Source: Auanema rhodensis (lineage: Eukaryota; Animalia; Nematoda). From it: a stretch of 64,000 bases of DNA. The notes beneath the pieces were generated by a model. It was not told the origin of the DNA. It ran no database searches and saw nothing but the letters and a program-made list of their open reading frames with translations. Shown one piece after another: positions 54,801 to 64,000 of the stretch. Numbering within the stretch: position 1 is the stretch's first letter; each line of letters opens with the position of its first letter. A program made the translations under genes and the position numbers. Where the stretch lies: assembly GCA_964057225.1 (NCBI GenBank), contig OZ059894.1, positions 310,001-374,000 on the forward strand. The letters are read 5' to 3'.

Positions 54801-57800
54801 ACGTGTACATTTAATTAGCATAAATTAAAGTTCACGTAATTTTCAAAGACATGGTTACCATGAACCAATATCAATAAAAATTTGTTTTTAGACTAATATG
54901 GACATGGGGAATCTAATTTTGAAAACCGCATCTCTTTATCTTTCACGTGAAGCGAGTTACATACCAAGTGCACATCACGTGTACATTTAATTAGCATAAA
55001 TTAAAGTTCACGTAATTTTCAAAGACATGGTTACCATGAACCAATATCAATAAAAATTTGTTTTTAGACTAATATGGACATGGGGAATCTAATTTTGAAA
55101 ACCGCATCTCTTTATCTTTCACGTGAAGCGAGTTACATACCAAGTGCACATCACGTGTACATTTAATTAGCATAAATTAAAGTTCACGTAATTTTCAAAG
55201 TCATGGTTACCATGCACCGATATCAATAAAAATTTGTTTTTAGACTAATATGGACATGGGGAATCTAATTTTGAAAACCGCATCTCTTTATCTTTCACGT
55301 GAAGCGAGTTACATACCAAGTGCACATCACGTGTACATTTAATTAGCATAAATTAAAGTTCACGTAAATTTCAAAGTCATGGTTACCATGCACCGATATC
55401 AATAAAAATTTGTTTTTAGACTAATATGGACATGGGGAATCTAATTTTGAAAACCGCATCTCTTTATCTTTCACGTGAAGCGAGTTACATACCAAGTGCA
55501 CATCACGTGTACATTTAATTAGCATAAATTAAAGTTCACGTAATTTTCAAAGTCATGGTTACCATGAACCAATATCAATAAAAATTTGTTTTTAGACTAA
55601 TATGGACATGGGGAATCTAATTTTGAAAACCGCATCTCTTTATCTTTCACGTGAAGCGAGTTACATACCAAGTGCACATCACGTGTACATTTAATTAGCA
55701 TAAATTAAAGTTCACGTAAATTTCAAAGTCATGGTTACCATGCACCAATATCAATAAAAATTTGTTTTTAGACTAATATGGACATGGGGAATCTAATTTT
55801 GAAAACCGCATCTCTTTATCTTTCACGTGAAGCGAGTTACATACCAAGTGCACATCACGTGTACATTTAATTAGCATAAACTAAAGTTCACGTAAATTTC
55901 AAAGTCATGGTTACCATGAACCAATATCAATAAAAATTTGTTTTTAGACTAATATGGACATGGGGAATCTAATTTTGAAAACCGCATCTTTTTATCTTTC
56001 ACGTGAAGCGAGTTACATACCAAGTGCACATCACGTGTACATTTAATTAGCATAAATTAAAGTTCACGTAAATTTCAAAGTCATGGTTACCATGAACCAA
56101 TATCAATAAAAATTTGTTTTTAGACTAATATGGACATGGGGAATCTAATTTTGAAAACCGCATCTCTTTATCTTTCCCGTGAAGCGAGTTACATACCAAG
56201 TGCACATCACGTGTACATTTAATTAGCATAAATTAAAGTTCACGTAAATTTCAAAGTCATGGTTACCATGCACCAATATCAATAGAATATTGTTTTTAGA
56301 CTAATATGGACATGGGGAATCTAATTTTGAAAACTGCATCTCTTTATCTTTCACGTGAAGCGAGTTACATACCAAGTGCACATCACGTGTACATTTAATT
56401 AGCATAAATTAAAGTTCACGTTATTTTCAAAGACATGGTTACCATGAACCAATATCAATAAAAATTTGTTTTTAGACTAATATGGACATGGGTAATCTAA
56501 TTTTGAAAACCGCATCTCTTTATCTTTCACGTGAAGCGAGTTACATACCAAGTGCACATCACGTGTACATTTAATTAGCATAAATTAAAGTTCACGTAAA
56601 TTTCAAAGTCATGGTTACCATGAACCAATATCAATAAAAATTTGTTTTTAGACTAATATGGACATGGAGAATCTAATTTTGAAAACCGCATCTCTTTATC
56701 TTTCACGTGAAGCGAGTTACATACCAAGTGCACATCACGTGTACATTTAATTAGCATAAATTAAAGTTCACGTAAATTTCAAAGTCATGGTTACCATGAA
56801 CCAATATCAATAAAAATTTGTTTTTAGACTAATATGGACATGGGGAATCTAATTTTGAAAACCGCATCTCTTTATCTTTCCCGTGAAGCGAGTTACATAC
56901 CAAGTGCACATCACGTGTACATTTAATTAGCATAAATTAAAGTTCACGTAAATTTCAAAGTCATGGTTACCATGCACCAATATCAATAGAATATTGTTTT
57001 TAGACTAATATGGACATGGGGAATCTAATTTTGAAAACTGCATCTCTTTATCTTTCACGTGAAGCGAGTTACATACCAAGTGCACATCACGTGTACATTT
57101 AATTAGCATAAATTAAAGTTCACGTTATTTTCAAAGACATGGTTACCATGAACCAATATCAATAAAAATTTGTTTTTAGACTAATATGGACATGGGTAAT
57201 CTAATTTTGAAAACCGCATCTCTTTATCTTTCACGTGAAGCGAGTTACATACCAAGTGCACATCACGTGTACATTTAATTAGCATAAATTAAAGTTCACG
57301 TAAATTTCAAAGTCATGGTTACCATGAACCAATATCAATAAAAATTTGTTTTTAGACTAATATGGACATGGGGAATCTAATTTTGAAAACCGCATCTCTT
57401 TATCTTTCACGTGAAGCGAGTTACATACCAAGTGCACATCACGTGTACATTTAATTAGCATAAATTAAAGTTCACGTAATTTTCAAAGACATGGTTACCA
57501 TGAACCAATATCAATAAAAATTTGTTTTTAGACTAATATGGACATGGGGAATCTAATTTTGGAAACCGCATCTTTTTATCTTTCACGTGAAGCGAGTTAC
57601 ATACCAAGTGCACATCATGTGTACATTTAATTAGCATAAATTAAAGTTCACGTAAATTTCAAAGTCATGGTTACCATGAACCAATATCAATAAAAAATTT
57701 TTTTAGACTAATATGGACATGGGGAATCTAATTTTGAAAACCGCATCTCTTCATCTTTCACGTGAAGCGAGTTACATACCAAGTGCACATCACGTGTACA

Positions 57801-60800
57801 TTTAATTAGCATAAATTAAAGTTCATGTAAATTTCAAAGTCATGGTTACCATGAACCAATATCAATAAAAATTTGTTTTTAGACTAATATGGACATGGGG
57901 AATCTAATTCTGAAAACCGCATCTCTGTATCTTTCACGTGAAGCGAGTTACATACCAAGTGCACATCACGTGTACATTTAATTAGCATAAATTAAAGTTC
58001 ACGTAAATTTCAAAGTCATGGTTACCATGAACCAATATCAATAAAAATTTGTTTTTAGACTAATATGGACATGGGGAATCTAATTTTGGAAACCGCATCT
58101 CTTTATCTTTCACGTGAAGCGAGTTACATACCAAGTGCACATCACGTGTACATTTAATAAGCATAAATTAAAGTTCACGTAAATTTCAAAGTCATGGTTA
58201 CCATGAATCAATATCAATAAAATATTGTTTTTAGACTAATATGGACATGGGGAATCTAATTTTGAAAACTGCATCTCTTTATCTTTCACGTGAAGCGAGT
58301 TACATACCAAGTGCACATCACGTGTACATTTAATTAGCATAAATTAAAGTTCACGTTATTTTCAAAGACATGGTTACCATGAACCAATATCAATAAAAAT
58401 TTGTTTTTAGACTAATATGGACATGGGTAATCTAATTTTGAAAACCGCATCTCTTTATCTTTTACGTGAAGCGAGTTACATACCAAGTGCACATCACGTG
58501 TACATTTAATTAGCATAAATTAAAGTTCACGTAAATTTCAAAGTCATGGTTACCATGAACCAATATCAATAAAAATTTGTTTTTAGACTAATATGGACAT
58601 GGGTAATCTAATTTTGAAAACCGCATCTCTTTATCTTTCACGTGAAGCGAGTTACATACCAAGTGCACATCACGTGTACATTTAATTAGCATAAATTAAA
58701 GTTCACGTAAATTTCAAAGTCATGGTTACCATGAACCAATATCAATAAAAATTTGTTTTTAGACTAATATGGACATGGGGAATCTAATTTTGAAAACCGC
58801 ATCTCTTTATCTTTCACGTGAAGCGAGTTACATACCAAGTGCACATCACGTGTACATTTAATTAGCATAAATTAAAGTTCACGTAAATTTCAAAGTCATG
58901 GTTACCATGAACCAATATCAATAAAAATTTGTTTTTAGACTAACATGGACATGGGTAATCTAATTTTGAAAACCGCATCTCTTTATCTTTCACGTGAAGC
59001 GAGTTACATACCAAGTGCACATCACGTGTACATTTAATTAGCATAAATTAAAGTTCACGTAAATTTCAAAGTCATGGTTACCATGAACTAATATCAATAA
59101 AAATTTGTTTTTAGACTAATATGGACATGGGGAATCTAATTTTAAAACCGCATCTCTTTATCTTTCACGTGAAGCGAGTTACATACCAAGTGCACATCAC
59201 GTGTACATTTAATTAGCATAAATTAAAGTTCACGTAAATTTCAAAGTCATGGTTACCATGAACCAATATCAATAAAAATTTGTTTTTAGACTAATATGGA
59301 CATGGGGAATCTGATTTTGAGAACCGCATCTCTTTATCTTTCACGTGAAGCGAGTTACATACCAAGTGCACATCACGTGTACATTTAATTAGCATAAATT
59401 AAAGTTCACGTAAATTTCAAAGTCATGGTTACCATGAACCAATATCAATAAAAATTTGTTTTAAGACTAATATGGACATGGGGAATCTAATTTTGAAAAC
59501 CGCATCTCTTTATCTTTCACGTGAAGCGAGTTACATACCAAGTGCACATCACGTGTACATTTAATTAGCATAAATTAAAGTTCACGTAAATTTCAAAGTC
59601 ATGGTTACCATGAACCAATATCAATAAAAATTTGTTTTTAGACTAATATGGACATGGGGAATCTAATTTTGAAAACCGCATCTCTTTATCTTTCACGTGA
59701 AGCGAGTTACATACCAAGTGCACATCACGTGTACATTTAATTAGCATAAATTAAAGTTCACGTAAATTTCAAAGTCATGGTTACCATGCACTAATATCAA
59801 TAAAAATTTGTTTTTAGACTAATATGGACATGGGGAATCTAATTTTGAAAACCGCATCTCTTTATCTTTCACGTGAAGCAAGTTACATACCAAGTGCACA
59901 TCACGTGTACATTTAATTAGCATAAATTAAAGTTCACGTAAATTTCAAAGTCATGGTTACCATGAACCAATATCAATAAAAATTTGTTTTTAGACTAATA
60001 TGGACATGGGGAATCTGATTTTGAAAACCGCATCTCTTTATCTTTCACGTGAAGCGAGTTACATACCAAGTGCACATCACGTGTACATTTAATTAGCATA
60101 AATTAAAGTTCACGTAAATTTCAAAATCATGGTTATCATGAATTAATATCAATAAAAATTTGTTTTTGGACTAATATGGACATGGGGATTCTAATTTTGA
60201 AAACCGCATCTCTTTATCTTTCACGTGAAGCGAGTTACATACCAAGTGCACATCACGTGTACATTTAATTAGCATAAATTAAAGTTCACGTAAATTTCAA
60301 AGTAATGGTTACCATGCACCAATATCAATAAAATATTGTTTTTAGACTAATATGGACATGGGGAATCTAATTTTGAAAACCGCATCTCTTTATCTTTCAC
60401 GTGAAGCGAGTTACATACCAAGTGCACATCACGTGTACATTTAATTAGCATAAATTAAAGTTCACGTAAATTTCAAAGTCATGGTTACCATGAACCAATA
60501 TCAATAAAAATTTGTTTTTAGACTAATATGGAAATGGGGAATCTAGTTTTGAAAACCGCATCTCTTTATCTTTCACGTGAAGCGAGTTACATACCAAGTG
60601 CACATCACGTGTACATTTAATTAGCATAAATTAAAGTTCACGTAAATTTCAAAGTCATGGTTACCATGCACTAATATCAATAAAATATTGTTTTTAGACT
60701 AATATGGACATGGGGAATCTAATTTTGAAAACCGCATCTCTTTATCTTTCACGTGAAGCGAGTTACATACCAAGTGCACATCACGTGTACATTTAATTAG

Positions 60801-63800
60801 CATAAATTAAAGTTCACGTAATTTTCAAAGACATGGTTACCATGAACCAATATCAATAAAAAATTGTTTTTAGACTAATATGGACATGGGGAATCTAATT
60901 TTGAAAACCGCATCTCTTCATCTTTCACGTGAAGCGAGTTACATACCAAGTGCACATCACGTGTACATTTAATTAGCATAAATTAAAGTTCACGTAAATT
61001 TCAAAGTCATGGTTACCATGAACCAATATCAATAAAAATTTGTTTTTAGACTAATATGGACATGGGGAATCTGATTTTGGAAACCGCATCTCTTTATCTT
61101 TCACGTGAAGCGAGTTACATACCAAGTGCACATCACGTGTACATTTAATTAGCATAAATTAAAGTTCACGTAAATTTCAAAGTCATGGTTACCATGAACC
61201 AATATCAATAAAAATTTGTTTTTAGACTAATATGGACATGGGGAATCTAGTTTTGAAAACCGCATCTCTTTATCTTTCACGTGAAGCGAGTTACATACCA
61301 ATTGCACATCACGTGTACATTTAATTAGCATAAATTAAAGTTCACGTAAATTTCAAAGTCATGGTTACCATGAACCAATATCAATAAAAATTTGTTTTTA
61401 GACTAATATGGACATGGGGAATCTAATTTTGAAAACCGCATCTCTTTATCTTTCACGTGAAGCGAGTTACATACCAAGTGCACATCAAGTGTACATTTAA
61501 TTAGCATAAATTGAAGTTCACGTAAATTTCAAAGTCATGGTTACCATGCAACAATATCAATAAAAATTTGTTTTTAGACTAATATGGACATGGGGAATCT
61601 AATTTTGAAAACCGCATCTCTTTATCTTTCACGTGAAGCGAGTTACATACCAAGTGCACATCACGTGTACATTTAATTAGCATAAATTAAAGTTCACGTA
61701 ATTTTCAAAGACATGGTTACCATGAACCAATATCAATAAAAATTTGTTTTTAGACTAATATGGACATGGGGAATCTAATTTTGGAAACCGCATCTTTTTA
61801 TCTTTCACGTGAAGCGAGTTACATACCAAGTGCACATCATGTGTACATTTAATTAGCATAAATTAAAGTTCACGTAAATTTCAAAGTCATGGTTACCATG
61901 AACCAATATCAATAAAAAATTTTTTTAGACTAATATGGACATGGGGAATCTAATTTTGAAAACCGCATCTCTTCATCTTTCACGTGAAGCGAGTTACATA
62001 CCAAGTGCACATCACGTGTACATTTAATTAGCATAAATGAAAGTTCACGTAAATTTCAAAGTCATGGTTACCATGAACCAATATCAATAAAAATTTGTTT
62101 TTAGACTAATATGGACATGGGGAATCTGATTTTGAAAACCGCATCTCTTTATCTTTCACGTGAAGCGAGTTACATACCAAGTGCACATCACGTGTACATT
62201 TAATTAGCATAAATTAAAGTTCACGTAAATTTCAAAGTCATGGTTACCATGAACCAATATCAATAAAAATTTGTTTTTAGACTAATATGGACATGAGGAA
62301 TCTAGTTTTGAAAACCGCATCTCTTTATCTTTCACGTGAAGCGAGTTACATACCAATTGCACATCACGTGTACATTTAATTAGCATAAATTAAAGTTCAC
62401 GTAAATTTCAAAGTCATGGTTACCATGAACCAATATCAATAAAAATTTGTTTTTAGACTAATATGGACATGGGGAATCTAATTTTGAAAACCGCATCTCT
62501 TTATCTTTCACGTGAAGCGAGTTACATACCAAGTGCACATCACGTGTACATTTAATTAGCATAAATTGAAGTTCACGTAAATTTCAAAGTCATGGTTACC
62601 ATGCAACAATATCAATAAAAATTTGTTTTTAGACTAATATGGACATGGGGAATCTAATTTTGAAAACCGCATCTCTTTATCTTTCACGTGAAGCGAGTTA
62701 CATACCAAGTGCACATCACGTGTACATTTAATTAGCATAAATTAAAGTTCACGTAATTTTCAAAGACATGGTTACCATGAACCAATATCAATAAAAATTT
62801 GTTTTTAGACTAATATGGACATGGGGAATCTAATTTTGAAAACCGCATCTTTTTATCTTTCACGTGAAGCGAGTTACATACCAAGTGCACATCATGTGTA
62901 CATTTAATTAGCATAAATTAAAGTTCACGTAAATTTCAAAGTCATGGTTACCATGAACCAATATCAATAAAAATTTTTTTTAGACTAATATGGACATGGG
63001 GAATCTAATTTTGAAAACCGCATCTCTTTATCTTTCACGTGAAGCGAGTTACATACCAAGTGCACATCACGTGTACATTTAATTAGCATAAATTAAAGTT
63101 CACGTAATTTTCAAAGACATGGTTACCATGAACCAATATCAATAAAAATTTGTTTTTAGACTAATATGGACATGGGGGATCTAATTTTGAAAACCGCATC
63201 TCTTCATCTTTCACGTGAAGCGAGTTACATACCAAGTGCACATCACGTGTACATTTAATTAGCATAAATTAAAGTTCACGTAAATTTCAAAGTCATGGTT
63301 ACCATGAACCAATATCAATAAAAATTTGTTTTTAGACTAATATGGACATGGGGAATCTAGTTTTGAAAACCGCATCTCTTTATCTTTCACGTGAAGCGAG
63401 TTACATACCAAGTGCACATCACGTGTACATTTAATTAGCATAAATTAAAGTTCACGTAATTTTCAAAGTCATGGTTACCATGAACCAATATCAATAAAAA
63501 TTTGTTTTTAGACTAACATGGACATGGGGAATCTGATTTTGAAAACCGCATCTCTTTATCTTTCACGTGAAGCGAGTTACATACCAAGTGCACATCACGT
63601 GTACATTTAATTAGCATAAATTAAAGTTCACGTAAATTTCAAAGTCATGGTTACCATGAACCAATATCAATAAAAATTTGTTTTTAGACTAATATGGACA
63701 TGGGGAATCTAGTTTTGAAAACCGCATCTCTTTATCTTTCACGTGAAGCGAGTTACATACCAAGTGCACATCACGTGTACATTTAATTAGCATAAATTAA

Positions 63801-64000
63801 AGTTCACGTAAATTTCAAAGTCATGGTTACCATGCACCAATATCAATAAAAATTTGTTTTTAGACTAATATGGACATGGGGAATCTAATTTTGAAAACCG
63901 CATCTCTTTATCTTTCACGTGAAGCGAGTTACATACCAAGTGCACATCACGTGTACATTTAATTAGCATAAATTAAAGTTCACGTAAATTTCAAAGTCAT
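21891..64000. repeat. 176-bp tandem satellite DNA array, right arm (~239 monomers; runs off the window end)
   Basis: Same monomer and orientation resume at 21891 with ACGTGTACATTTAATTAGC (monomer position 88) and continue to 64000. Confidence 0.99.
29500..33950. repeat. 13-monomer higher-order duplication (2,288 bp)
   Basis: ACAAACCA at ~29793/32081, GACTAAAATG at 30781/33069, and AAAGACATG plus GAATCTTATT at the same offset. Boundaries approximate. Confidence 0.8.

Noticed and set aside
1-64000. CRISPR-like array with an associated reverse transcriptase (or retron/DGR)
   Set aside because: Units are wholly repeated with no unique spacers, there are no cas genes, and the RT is fused to an APE endonuclease as in eukaryotic LINEs.

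Overview
The window is a very homogeneous, head-to-tail 176-bp satellite array (about 337 monomers, one orientation, probably centromeric or heterochromatic) interrupted once by an apparently full-length, intact 4,668-bp CR1-type non-LTR retrotransposon (17223-21890, + strand: 5'UTR, ORF1, ORF2 with APE endonuclease and reverse transcriptase, 3'UTR). Two features of the element stand out. (1) ORF2 has no AUG before its endonuclease domain and lies in the +1 frame, while ORF1 ends in-frame with UCC_UUU_CGU_UAA, the +1 ribosomal frameshift motif known from influenza PA-X; this predicts a ~1,296-aa ORF1-EN-RT fusion. (2) Both junctions fall at the same bond (TC^ACGTG) of two neighbouring CACGTG palindromes of the satellite, with a 32-bp target deletion and no target-site duplication, suggesting motif-directed targeting. 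The array shows local higher-order repeats (2- to 14-mers and ~7-kb-offset blocks), a duplicated 40-bp deletion monomer and zoned variants. The host is a eukaryote; nematode is only a tentative inference from ORF1.
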